Of a stretch of 55,392 nt of DNA, positions 39,698-49,566 are shown in pieces. The stretch spans positions 1 to 55,392 of the IMG/VR virus record IMGVR_UViG_3300035701_004790. One strand, given 5' to 3'. Under the pieces are notes generated by a model. The model had not been told where the DNA came from. It saw only the letters and a list, made by a program, of their open reading frames with translations, and did not search any database. The stretch is from a virus (Duplodnaviria > Caudoviricetes). Within the stretch, counting starts at the first letter, position 1. Each line of letters opens with the position of its first letter. Made by a program: the position numbers and the translations under genes.

Positions 39698-40413
39698 ACC
39701 TTGTTTAAAGTATCAGCACCACTCAAATATCCTCTAGTAGCACCAAGTCCTAACATACGATCTAAAGTTGATCCTACGTCTAAATATGTGTTATTAGGGG
39801 CTACCTTATAAAGCTCATGAATTAAAATATTTGAAAATGGGCCAGCAGCAATCAAAAACATTTTACCTGTTATTTGTTCACTCTGTACATATTCCTTCAT
39901 CTTATCAACAAGATCATAATTAGTCATCCAAGCATTTGTTCCTACATTGAACCTCTTTACTATCTTTTTGTTAAATGGCAGTGCTGGTGTATTGGCATTT
40001 ACATTTGTAACCAAGACTACATCATATTCTGAAAATAAAGGCATGATCTCACTCACATATCTACGGTAATTACCATTCACGAATATATTTCCCCATGTCA
40101 AATGATTATCATCTTGTGTTGTTAATTTTTTTAAAGCTTCATGCTTTTCATCACCCACACAACATCTACAAGCAATACCCACATAATAATTATCTCCTTT
40201 ATATATTGCTGATTCCAATAATCTCTCTCTAAAAAAACTATGTTTAGGATCGTTAGGATTATAAATAAATTCACCATTACACTTCCCTGTAAGATCAATA
40301 AATTCATTATTTAAAATAATCATTTCACCATCATTATTTCTTGAAATGGCAAATGGCTCCTTATTTTTTATTTTTTCCAAGAAGAAATTAAAATCACCAT
40401 TAAATGTTTTCAT
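39685..40413 (-). CDS. GT-D fold (DUF1792-like) glycosyltransferase
   Basis: PFAISRNNDGE, LIAAGP, YLDVGS correspond to GT-D motifs (SRFGDGE, ALGP, IDIGH). Confidence 0.6.
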   Translation of the reverse strand: MKTFNGDFNFFLEKIKNKEPFAISRNNDGEMIILNNEFIDLTGKCNGEFIYNPNDPKHSFFRERLLESAIYKGDNYYVGIACRCCVGDEKHEALKKLTTQDDNHLTWGNIFVNGNYRRYVSEIMPLFSEYDVVLVTNVNANTPALPFNKKIVKRFNVGTNAWMTNYDLVDKMKEYVQSEQITGKMFLIAAGPFSNILIHELYKVAPNNTYLDVGSTLDRMLGLGATRGYLSGADTLNKVCIW

Positions 40414-40433
40414 ATAATTCAGTTAACCCACTA

Positions 40434-41171
40434 CTATGGACGTATATTTTCTACAGTTTTCCATCCTCTATCAATACACTCCGAACAAACCTTATTTCTT
40501 ATTGAAACGTGTGTAGGACTATGAATATATGTAGCATTTGCATCACTACCCATAACACCACCATCATTATTACTCCAAAGCTCCATATCACTAATTGGAT
40601 GTGGTGGAACAAAAGTATTTATTCTACCATATTTTTGACATAAAAACGAAAACATTATATCTTCACCATTATCCCACGATACTGGTTTTTCATACCACAT
40701 ATATTTCACCCATTCCTGTCTAAAGAACCACGCATGACCAACTAAATCAACTCTGGTTGTAACCTCTGGTTTAATATGACCATTCCATCCATGTTTAATA
40801 TATGGCTCATACGCCTTGCTTTTTAATGTAACACCACTACCACCCATAATACCATTATGAGTCTTCATCGATTCAATACAATTTTCAAACCATTTCGTAC
40901 CGGGGATGACATCATCATCCAACATTGCTACATATTCCGTTCTAGCGAGTAATGCAATTGCAAATCGCCCATGAAATTTCGTGTTCTGATTACAAACATA
41001 TAATCTATGATTTGAGTTCTTAGGACTTGACTGTTTAGCTGTTCCTTTGTTATACCAAATCCATATATCACCATCATCGACTTTAATAGTTTGATTTTTA
41101 ATCGCTTCCAATTGTTTCTCAAGAGAATACGGACGATTATAAACATTCAATATGACGGTAATATCTCCCAT
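40434..41171 (-). CDS. GT-A glycosyltransferase (GT2-like)
   Basis: ITVILNVYNR, EYVAMLDDD, GEDI. Start moved to ATG 41171 (TAATG overlap with the upstream stop). Confidence 0.78.
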   Translation of the reverse strand: MGDITVILNVYNRPYSLEKQLEAIKNQTIKVDDGDIWIWYNKGTAKQSSPKNSNHRLYVCNQNTKFHGRFAIALLARTEYVAMLDDDVIPGTKWFENCIESMKTHNGIMGGSGVTLKSKAYEPYIKHGWNGHIKPEVTTRVDLVGHAWFFRQEWVKYMWYEKPVSWDNGEDIMFSFLCQKYGRINTFVPPHPISDMELWSNNDGGVMGSDANATYIHSPTHVSIRNKVCSECIDRGWKTVENIRP

Positions 41172-41806
41172 TATGCTGGTTTTATAAATTCTGCAATAAC
41201 ACAACCACAATTACTAACCGAGTCAATCATAGGACTATACATTTTAAATTTATTCAAATGATCTTTCCATGCTCGTTGAACTTCTGCTTGGGGTGGTCTA
41301 ATTGCAAACCAATCATGCGCCCACATATAGAAATTATTCTCAGTTCTGGTCGTAAGTAATTGTAATTCTCTACTTACATGTTCATACTCATGTGAACCAT
41401 CTTGAATATACAAATCAAAATTTAATCTCTGATCTCTCAAATAAACTAAAGAATCTGCAATAACTCTATCAAATTCACCAACATGAAGATTATTATATTC
41501 CAATCTTTCTACAATATCGAGAAGTGTTACTTTACCAAAACCATTCATTTCAACAGCTTGAAGAATATGATTACTACTTCTTCCCAAGAAATTTCCTATT
41601 TCAATTATATTCTTTGGTTTAAGAATACGAATTAAAACATAAATCGACTTACCTTCACTTTCCCAAATACTACCCGCAGGTTCTTCTGGATAACCACCAT
41701 ATTTTGATTCATTATAATATTCTTTAAACTGAGCAACAGTTAAATCAGGAAAAAGTTTTTTAAATCCATCAAAATATGCAAAAATAAAATCCTCTATTCT
41801 TCTCAT
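41171..41806 (-). CDS. Class I SAM-dependent methyltransferase (Methyltransf_24-like)
   Basis: IIEIGNFLGRSS, FDLYIQDGSHEYE, AHD. Confidence 0.78.
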   Translation of the reverse strand: MRRIEDFIFAYFDGFKKLFPDLTVAQFKEYYNESKYGGYPEEPAGSIWESEGKSIYVLIRILKPKNIIEIGNFLGRSSNHILQAVEMNGFGKVTLLDIVERLEYNNLHVGEFDRVIADSLVYLRDQRLNFDLYIQDGSHEYEHVSRELQLLTTRTENNFYMWAHDWFAIRPPQAEVQRAWKDHLNKFKMYSPMIDSVSNCGCVIAEFIKPA

Positions 41807-42468
41807 TAAACCATTCTATGTTTTGTAAGAACTTTCATTAGTCCTTCTTGTTCATTATTTCCATTCGAAGTAATACCTTCATCCAAATAATATGCATGAT
41901 ACATGTTCTTAATATCAGGAAGCATAATTCCTTCATTGCCATTCTCCAGCATTGTTAACCATAAATCCCAATCCTGTAGTCTTTTCAATGACTCATCAAA
42001 TGGTTTGGGTTGTGGAAGACATTCTCTTCTAACCAAAGCCATTGTTGATATGAAATTTCCTTGTTTTAATCTTGTTCCATTAAAAGGGATTGATGGAATA
42101 TCAAAATTACCTCTCATTGGATGTGTTTGTGGATGCATTACAATTCCATGATACCCAGTATATGCATATGCTTTAGTTGGGTTCTTTTGTAAAAGATCAA
42201 ATAGTTTTTCTAATGTATCTTTGCGTAAGAGAATATCATCATCACAAAAAAATATATATGGCTGTGTAGATTTTTCATACCCATCATTACGTTTTTTTGG
42301 TGCACCACCGGGATTATCATTAACAATAATTTCTGCAGGTCTATTTGCTTCAAGCAATGGACGTACAAAATTTTCAAAAAAATCTCTTCTCTTAATACTT
42401 AATGGTACAACAAAAGATACTGGTAACGTATCTTCAAACTCTTCATGTAATTTATCGATCTCTATCAT
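41806..42468 (-). CDS. GT2-family glycosyltransferase
   Basis: VSFVVP, KRNDG, YIFFCDDD, FDESL..LQDWDLWL. Confidence 0.85.
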   Translation of the reverse strand: MIEIDKLHEEFEDTLPVSFVVPLSIKRRDFFENFVRPLLEANRPAEIIVNDNPGGAPKKRNDGYEKSTQPYIFFCDDDILLRKDTLEKLFDLLQKNPTKAYAYTGYHGIVMHPQTHPMRGNFDIPSIPFNGTRLKQGNFISTMALVRRECLPQPKPFDESLKRLQDWDLWLTMLENGNEGIMLPDIKNMYHAYYLDEGITSNGNNEQEGLMKVLTKHRMV

Positions 42469-43181
42469 AGGTGTGCTGGTAATTCATCTTTAAATTTATT
42501 TGCAAACTGCATTCTATTATTTTCCCATTCCTCATTGGTTCGTCCTACTGATCTATGCATCACACTGATTCTATCAGTAACACCAATATTATGTCCTTCA
42601 AGATAGTTGTTAAAGGCAAAGCTTAAATCGTAATAATGAAAACCTTTAAAGTCTTCATCAAATCTCTCTGGTTTAATGCTTCCATCAACAGCCATGAATA
42701 ACCCATCTATAACGACAACTTCTTCAACACCACCAATACTTTTATAAACACTTTCCCATTCTTTAGTTCCATCAGTGTGCCATACTCGACCAATCATTTT
42801 TTTAAAATTCATTTCCTTACCCTCAGCCGTTAACCACCAACATCCATGAGCATTTAATTCTTTAGTTCCAGCAATTCCAATAATAGAATATTTGTTTACA
42901 CGAAACAAAAGTAAAAGAATCTTTCCCCAATTCTTGGTTCGATAAACCATATCATTATGACAAAAAACAATAATACCATCGCCCCTACCCATTTCATCTA
43001 TGGTTTTCCATCCCATATTATATGCTTCTGTAAGGGAATATTGTCGTTTATTAACTATGCAATGCACATAAAGATCAACATCACCTGCTGTCTCTGTTAC
43101 ATGATTTATAAAATCAATGTTTTCATTTTCCGAAAGGTGACTACTAAATATCACCGATATTACTTTATTCATACTTGGCAA
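42465..43181 (-). CDS. GT2-like glycosyltransferase
   Basis: SLTEAYN, IVFCHND, IIGIAG, VIDGLFMA, FDE.F.GFHYYD. Confidence 0.78.
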   Translation of the reverse strand: MPSMNKVISVIFSSHLSENENIDFINHVTETAGDVDLYVHCIVNKRQYSLTEAYNMGWKTIDEMGRGDGIIVFCHNDMVYRTKNWGKILLLLFRVNKYSIIGIAGTKELNAHGCWWLTAEGKEMNFKKMIGRVWHTDGTKEWESVYKSIGGVEEVVVIDGLFMAVDGSIKPERFDEDFKGFHYYDLSFAFNNYLEGHNIGVTDRISVMHRSVGRTNEEWENNRMQFANKFKDELPAHL

Positions 43182-43196
43182 ACATAAGGAAAAAAA

Positions 43197-43511
43197 CTAA
43201 GATTCCTTAATATTTGACAAAGTATTTTCAAAGATTAATTTAGCACGATCTAATGGGAATGGAATGCGAATTATAGTTCCATCTGGAATATCAAACTCTG
43301 ATATAAATTGAGGATTAGCATACATAATAAAAAAATCAAAAAATGGATTATTATAAAATTTTTCAGATAATAAATCCATTCTTGTAAAACCATCTTTCCA
43401 TTCTTCATATTTATCTGCAGAACTAACCGGAATTTCAACAAAAGGAGGCATATCAATGCTACCATCATTATTTGTTAATATCTCATATCTATCGAAATCA
43501 CGTTTTGGCAT
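43197..43511 (-). CDS. Baseplate wedge / tail-X-like (LysM-related, T4 gp53-like) protein
   Basis: RMDLLSEKFYNNP....I..ANP.....IPDGTIIRIP pattern; directly follows the tube-initiator-like gene. Confidence 0.65.
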   Translation of the reverse strand: MPKRDFDRYEILTNNDGSIDMPPFVEIPVSSADKYEEWKDGFTRMDLLSEKFYNNPFFDFFIMYANPQFISEFDIPDGTIIRIPFPLDRAKLIFENTLSNIKES

Positions 43512-43513
43512 AA

Positions 43514-46474
43514 TTAAATGGGTTTAGTTGGGACTATATTTCCATTATTTTTTGTTCTGGTCTTAACCTGACTATCTGTCGTTGCTCTATCAGGATATTG
43601 TGCACTTTCAGCCATTCTTGCCGTTGCATATACTCCAACAGGATAATAAGTTGAATTTGCATAATAATTGAAAGATTCCGCATTTTGTAATACATCTATA
43701 GCACCTTTCAATGATTGACCACCTATAATACGCATTGATATACTTATATCTGCAATCATGAATTGCATACCCATTCCTTCTGGATTCATATCCCAAGGAG
43801 AGTCTGCATAATCAAAATCAATACTATCAATTATAACTTTAGTATGGAAAAAATCTCCTAATCTCAATATACAAACTGGCGGTCTACCAAATACAGAATT
43901 TCTAGCAGCAGGAATACCATCTTGCGTTGTTTGTTCTAACACTGTTGAATTACCTTGTCTTGTACATTGTTGTAAAAATGTGAGTCTTCTATGAAAATCT
44001 TCTGGTGTTTGAGAATGAAATACTGGAGATAATGTTCTTCTTTCAGCAGACTCAAAACCAGTATTCTCTTTATCTTTAATACTTCTCAAAACAAATAAAC
44101 TTTCTTTTTGTTCAAAATTTTCAGCAGCACTAATCAATTTTTTATTATTATCTATTTGATCTAATATATCTGATCTTCTTTTCTTTTCTTCTGTAGTTAA
44201 AGTAATTGGATCAACTACATTACTTGGGCTTCTTTCGTAGTGTATATACGAATTTCTTTCAGGTTTAATATCTCTTTCATTCATGAATTGAGATGTCGCA
44301 CCTTTCTCCGATCCATTAACCGAACTAAGAGGATTAGACGTAACATCTATTCCAACTTGACTTAATGTCTTACCATGTAAATCATAAAATAATGTATTAA
44401 TATACGACAATAAAGATTGATTACGTCTATTTGAAAGATCGTAGTTATAAACGTATTCTTTAGTTTTGTCTTTATATAATTTACTTGCAGAACCGAATAC
44501 TGTTAATTTTATTAATTTATAATTTTCAGGATTTACTTCATTCAATATGTTTGCAACAAAATTTGTTGAGTCAGCTATAAACCCTGAATTCAAACCAAAA
44601 TCATGTAATCCATCAATACCTTGAACATCTCCTGATTTCATCTCATATCCAGCAGCAATATCTCCATCAACACTATCACCATCATTATGAAAATAAAATT
44701 TACAATAATCACCCGACTTTACTTCTTGTGTTTCTTTTTTTACCGTTGGTTGCAATTCATTTAATTGATCTTCTAACATTATGTTCTCAGCTTTTTTTGC
44801 TGTAATATCAATATTAGCCAAATCAGAATCTTTCAAATTACCACCAAAAGCAAAAAACTTTGCTATTGAAGCATGATCCTGTCCTTTAATTTGTGGTGGA
44901 TAATCAATAATTAATTTAAAACTTAATCTTGCAATACGTTCCGAATTACTATAAGTATATATTGGTTCACCTCTACCTATAATTACTGTAGAGTCATATT
45001 TTGCTAATGAACTTTCACTAAATTGAATTCCATAAGGTGGAAACCACATGACTCTACCTAAATTTGCACCAACTTCTGATTTAGGTACTTTAGTACCACT
45101 AATATCTCCAAGATGTCCAGAACTATTTAACGCATAAGCTAAATTTTCAATACTGAACATCATGTTTTTATTATTTATGCTGTTGGTATTTTTATTTAAT
45201 AATGGATGCATTCTAGGTATTACATATCTACTAATCACAGATTCTGACGGAGCATCATATTGATAATTTCCTTTAAATCGTATTGCTTTTTTATAATTAT
45301 TATATGGATCAAGAATACTATGTTGTCTCTCTGTTCTAACGACCCCATCATTATCTCTTGTTAACGGTGAACCATTATATATTGGTTGACCATTTTTATC
45401 ATACCACTTAGTTTTTGTTTGATCTATTGATGAATTAGAACCTCTCGCAGTTAATAATGCTCTTGTATATGCTAACATACCAGTTCTGGTTCCAAACTTA
45501 CTAGCCATACTTGATAAACCATCTCTACCCCAAATAATTTGATTCTCTGGATTTGAATTTCCAAAACCATAAGCATCATTCACAAATTCAAAATCAAGTG
45601 CCTTATTTTCATTAGGTAAATTTTGTGCAGAAGCATTAGATTCTTTTAATGATTTACCAAAACTATCAATCTTCGCCCCATAAGCCAAATTATCTTGACC
45701 TTCTATTGATTTTAAGTCTTTAATTTTTAATGCAGTAAGGTTACCAAGAATATCACGATTAGCTAAATCTGAATCTGGAAACTCTGGTGTATATATCGTA
45801 GGAAAAAATAATCTATTATACCATTCCGGGCCAGCAGGTATTATCGAATAACCCTGATCATTTGTCGTTCCTATAAACGAAGAATTACTTGGTTTATATG
45901 TGTTTCTATTTATTGAATCGTATACGAAATGCAATACTCCCTTTCCTGTATTTCTAATCAACGTGTTATTATCTGTAATATTATTTAATGATCCTTCTGA
46001 ATATAAATTAGTTGGCACAGGTGGTGTTAGTGAATATGGGATCGTAATTCTTTGTGTACCTGAAATTCTATCAACGATATTTTGAACAGTTGTATTAGTT
46101 TCATCACGAGTAATTCTATAATCAACTCTTTTAGTAAATAACTTTGTATTTGGATTACCATCAAAAAGATTATTGAAGTTCAATGAAGGTAATCCAGCCG
46201 TTAATGCATTTTGTGTTACACGTTGAGCAAATTGTTTACCTAATTGCTGAATGCCAATTTGAGCTATTGGTGTGTTTGGCCCTACAAGTCTACCCAGTAC
46301 TGTATTTGTAAGATCAAATGATTTTGTAGGATTTATGATTTTTGAAATCGAATTAATAGCTTGAATAACTTTAGGGTTATTAATCTCATACGGGTTGTTA
46401 GGCGTATATAAATTTCTAGACTCTAAGTTTTCTCTTAACTGTTGAAATTGAACGTTATCTTTGATTCCAGCCAT
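43514..46474 (-). CDS. Baseplate / tail-tube-initiator-like protein with an inserted OmpA-like domain, 986 aa
   Basis: Tube-fold halves IGRGEPIYTYSNSER..LSF and PPVCILRLGDF...IIDS...PWD flank an F.ND...GSAS...YNYDLSNRR segment. Located between the tape measure and the LysM-like gene. Confidence 0.6.
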   Translation of the reverse strand: MAGIKDNVQFQQLRENLESRNLYTPNNPYEINNPKVIQAINSISKIINPTKSFDLTNTVLGRLVGPNTPIAQIGIQQLGKQFAQRVTQNALTAGLPSLNFNNLFDGNPNTKLFTKRVDYRITRDETNTTVQNIVDRISGTQRITIPYSLTPPVPTNLYSEGSLNNITDNNTLIRNTGKGVLHFVYDSINRNTYKPSNSSFIGTTNDQGYSIIPAGPEWYNRLFFPTIYTPEFPDSDLANRDILGNLTALKIKDLKSIEGQDNLAYGAKIDSFGKSLKESNASAQNLPNENKALDFEFVNDAYGFGNSNPENQIIWGRDGLSSMASKFGTRTGMLAYTRALLTARGSNSSIDQTKTKWYDKNGQPIYNGSPLTRDNDGVVRTERQHSILDPYNNYKKAIRFKGNYQYDAPSESVISRYVIPRMHPLLNKNTNSINNKNMMFSIENLAYALNSSGHLGDISGTKVPKSEVGANLGRVMWFPPYGIQFSESSLAKYDSTVIIGRGEPIYTYSNSERIARLSFKLIIDYPPQIKGQDHASIAKFFAFGGNLKDSDLANIDITAKKAENIMLEDQLNELQPTVKKETQEVKSGDYCKFYFHNDGDSVDGDIAAGYEMKSGDVQGIDGLHDFGLNSGFIADSTNFVANILNEVNPENYKLIKLTVFGSASKLYKDKTKEYVYNYDLSNRRNQSLLSYINTLFYDLHGKTLSQVGIDVTSNPLSSVNGSEKGATSQFMNERDIKPERNSYIHYERSPSNVVDPITLTTEEKKRRSDILDQIDNNKKLISAAENFEQKESLFVLRSIKDKENTGFESAERRTLSPVFHSQTPEDFHRRLTFLQQCTRQGNSTVLEQTTQDGIPAARNSVFGRPPVCILRLGDFFHTKVIIDSIDFDYADSPWDMNPEGMGMQFMIADISISMRIIGGQSLKGAIDVLQNAESFNYYANSTYYPVGVYATARMAESAQYPDRATTDSQVKTRTKNNGNIVPTKPI

Positions 46475-46493
46475 TAGGTTGTATTCTTTGGAT

Positions 46494-46501
46494 ATAAATA
46501 C
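46494..46501 (-). promoter_or_regulatory. GTATTTAT motif, candidate late promoter for the baseplate plus glycosylation operon
   Basis: 19 nt upstream of ATG 46474; recurrent motif. Confidence 0.55.
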
Positions 46502-46524
46502 TTCATAATATTTTCTTGATAATA

Positions 46525-46555
46525 TTTGGTTTTACGATTTTTTGTATTATTATTG
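46525..46555 (+). promoter_or_regulatory. Bacteroidota-type promoter for an antisense-oriented non-coding element
   Basis: TTTG-N19-TATTATTG (one mismatch to TAnnTTTG), ending just before the first stem. Confidence 0.5.
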
Positions 46556-46558
46556 CGC

Positions 46559-46823
46559 AATCTAATGGTTGGGTAAACACCAAATAGCGTTAGATTTAAA
46601 GAACTTAAGACAGTTACTATTTGGGTAACGAAAGCTGTCAACCCACTCCTAAGTCATAAAGGGTCGTAAAAGGAATTAGGATATTCCTGATGTACTATGA
46701 TTGGTTAATGGATACCTAATATCACATTAATCCACAGATACCTCAAGTTAGTTATCATGTGATGGACTCTTCTTTATACTGCAAATATGTAGTGTTTAGG
46801 GGAGTCCTCCTATGCACATTTCC
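46559..46823 (+). ncRNA. Unassigned structured RNA candidate (~265 nt)
   Basis: ORF-free, GC-elevated island with consecutive stems: 46559-67/46588-96, 46609-13/46635-39, 46647-52/46676-81, 46702-14/46720-34, and 46764-73/46798-807 with inner 46776-83/46788-95. Five G-U pairs work only on the plus strand. Confidence 0.6.
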
Positions 46824-46991
46824 TAAGTTAATTTTTCATTAAAATTGTATTATTCCAAATAAGTAAACTATTATTATTATATTTATTTAATAATGTTAAC
46901 AAGTTGATTGTGTGTTGTATAGCATTCTTAATTAAGAATATTATAACTAATTAAGAATATAACGAGTATTATTGTAACTCATTTAAATATA

Positions 46992-49541
46992 TTACAATAC
47001 ACCTGCAGAAGATGATCCTTGTTGATGTCTAACTGTTTGAATAACAGCTTCTTTACCAATATCAAGCAATTTAACTAATCTTTCACGATTTATCTCTAAA
47101 GTGATGTCAGACTTAATTGCGACAGACTTATCAGCAAATACCACTTGAAGAGGTTTTGATAATAATTGTTTTAATTCACCAAAAATACTATTTGAATCTA
47201 ATTTAGCATTAGCAATATTTGTAATTGCTTTTTCAACTCTTTCAAATTGATCAGCACTACCATTCATGACAACACCAATGTTTTTGAATGCTTCACCTAC
47301 TTTCATTAAATTATCACCTTGAGATGCTATGGCTAAGATCATGCCTAAAGCACCTGCACCACCGATAGCACCTATAATTCCACCACCAGCTAATGCAAAT
47401 GTTGCAGCACCTATTGCAGCAATACCGCCAGCAATACCTAATAACTCTGTACCATCAGCATTTTGTGTTAATTCAGATAATCCTTTTGCCATGTAACCAA
47501 TACCAGCAGCAGCGATACCAATACCAGCACCTATTGCTAATGCAGCGACACCAATAACTAATAATCCTTCTGATGCTGCAGCACCTGCAATACCTATTGC
47601 AATTAATCCCACAGCAAGAGTTCCAATCATTATAACTCCAAGAGTTTTTAATGCGCTATTAATTCCATCAATTTGTTTTACGTCAAGACCCTTGAATGCT
47701 TCTGCTAATTTTGAAATTCCTAATGCAGCTAATCCAACACCAGCACCAATACCAACTGCAGCCACACCAACTGCAGCAATAGATTTTGCTGCACCAGCAC
47801 TGGCAATTCCCTTACCTGCACCACCACCAATACCACCTGCAGTAGGGGCAGTTGTTGGTGCTGTTTTACCTGCACCACCAAACAATCCACCAATTCCCGG
47901 AATTTTTTGAGCTAATTTAAATGCTTTAAATAGTGCAAATCCACCAATGGCTAATCCTGCAGTCCATTTCATACCTTTATCACCAATCAAACTTTTTATC
48001 CAATCTTTAAGATCATTTATACCACCTAAAGCCCAGTTGATTGCATCCAGTACTGGAAGTAATGCTGATTTCATTTCAAGCATTGTATTTTTCATAACAT
48101 CCTCGAATGTTTGTGACTCAACGGCTCTTTTTTCTAAAGTAATACTTTCTTGTTTAAGTAATTCAATATCACTTGTAGATAATTTAGAAATATCTTTTTG
48201 AGCACCATTAACCATTGCAAAAAATTTACCTGTCTTTGTATCAAATTTTGTAATACCTTCAATATATTCTTTTTCGTCTTTAGTTAAATTAAGACCGAGA
48301 GTTGCTTGTTTCTTTTTTTGTTCTTGTGCAACCCTACGTGCTGATTCAGCCAAATTTTCATAGGATACGCCTAGAGCATCTGCAGCAAGTCTTAATCTAT
48401 CCTGATCTTGAGCAGTTATATCAAATTCAAAACCATCTTCTGTTTTTTTTAAAGAAGCCATACCTTTAGTCATTTGGGCTATCTTTTTAGTATATTCTGC
48501 AGGATCATTTCTTGATAGAAATAGTAATTCAAATGGATCAGTTTTTGAAAATTCACCTCCAAGAACATTAAGTTGTGCAGCCATTTCAATAGCACCTTCA
48601 AGGCTCTTTGCCATCTTAGCACTATTGATAGAATCGTTTATGTCAAGTTTAAACTTTTCAGAATATTCAGACATTTTAGCCATACCTTTAATACCATCCT
48701 TAAATGAAAATGTATTAAGTCGTTTAAAATTTTGACTCAAATTTTTTAATACTTTAGTTGCATTGATTCCCATACGTTCAGATGTATCAACAACACCTTG
48801 AACAAAACCTTCTGTTGTTTTAACACTAACACCTAGTAAATCAAATTGACCCACAAGTTTACCAGCACTGTCAACACCAAGAGCAGTTCCTTTTGCTATA
48901 TTTGTTACCAGTTCGAATTCTTTTTGTGTAAGTGCAACAGTTTTTTGTGTTTCATTAGAATACTCCGTTTGCATTTTAGCTAAATCAGCAATGGAAACAC
49001 CTAATCTTTGAGCATATGTTGAAGCCCCTTTAATATTTGTGCTCATTTCATCAGCTTTACTACCTGAAAGTCCTAACGATAAGTTAAGAGTCTTAACGGC
49101 TTTATCTGATTCCATTAAATATGTCCATACAGCACCAAATCCAAAATTTTTGTTGGCAAATTGTGCTACAGATGTTTTAATATTATTAATTACCTTCTGT
49201 TGATTAGTAAGTGTTGTAAGTTGTTTATTTAATTCTCTATCTAGAAGTCTGGCTTGAATTATTTGTTGTTTGATTTGATTTTTTATTACTGCTAACTCTT
49301 TCTTACTTCTATGTGATTTATTTGATGCTTCTTTATTTAATTTTTGTTCTAAGTCAAATAACTGTTTAGCACTAATAAGTTTCTGTAATTCAATATCTGA
49401 GGTCGTTTTACTTAATGAACTCTCATAACCCATAGCATCATTAATCTCTTTTAGTATAATAAGCTTTTCTTTTAAAGCTTTAAGAGAAATGTCAGTATTT
49501 CTATCGTTAATTTTATTGTTTGTTGTGGGTTTTTTAGCCAT
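46992..49541 (-). CDS. Tape measure protein, 849 aa
   Basis: Helical Lys/Glu/Ala-rich N-terminal region and Gly/Ala hydrophobic stretches; directly downstream of the frameshifting chaperone. Confidence 0.8.
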   Translation of the reverse strand: MAKKPTTNNKINDRNTDISLKALKEKLIILKEINDAMGYESSLSKTTSDIELQKLISAKQLFDLEQKLNKEASNKSHRSKKELAVIKNQIKQQIIQARLLDRELNKQLTTLTNQQKVINNIKTSVAQFANKNFGFGAVWTYLMESDKAVKTLNLSLGLSGSKADEMSTNIKGASTYAQRLGVSIADLAKMQTEYSNETQKTVALTQKEFELVTNIAKGTALGVDSAGKLVGQFDLLGVSVKTTEGFVQGVVDTSERMGINATKVLKNLSQNFKRLNTFSFKDGIKGMAKMSEYSEKFKLDINDSINSAKMAKSLEGAIEMAAQLNVLGGEFSKTDPFELLFLSRNDPAEYTKKIAQMTKGMASLKKTEDGFEFDITAQDQDRLRLAADALGVSYENLAESARRVAQEQKKKQATLGLNLTKDEKEYIEGITKFDTKTGKFFAMVNGAQKDISKLSTSDIELLKQESITLEKRAVESQTFEDVMKNTMLEMKSALLPVLDAINWALGGINDLKDWIKSLIGDKGMKWTAGLAIGGFALFKAFKLAQKIPGIGGLFGGAGKTAPTTAPTAGGIGGGAGKGIASAGAAKSIAAVGVAAVGIGAGVGLAALGISKLAEAFKGLDVKQIDGINSALKTLGVIMIGTLAVGLIAIGIAGAAASEGLLVIGVAALAIGAGIGIAAAGIGYMAKGLSELTQNADGTELLGIAGGIAAIGAATFALAGGGIIGAIGGAGALGMILAIASQGDNLMKVGEAFKNIGVVMNGSADQFERVEKAITNIANAKLDSNSIFGELKQLLSKPLQVVFADKSVAIKSDITLEINRERLVKLLDIGKEAVIQTVRHQQGSSSAGVL

Positions 49542-49566
49542 TTAAACGGTTTTTAATAAATACATT

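Noticed and set aside
31246-43181. Host O-antigen/capsule locus (bacterial chromosome or mis-assembly)
   Set aside because: The cluster is contiguous with phage baseplate and hypothetical genes, has similar composition, and lacks wzx/wzy/wzm/wzt or an initiating transferase.
46620-46700. Hammerhead ribozyme (CGAAA and CTGATG present)
   Set aside because: The core reads CTGATGT, not CTGAnGA, and I could not build the three-stem junction around these motifs.
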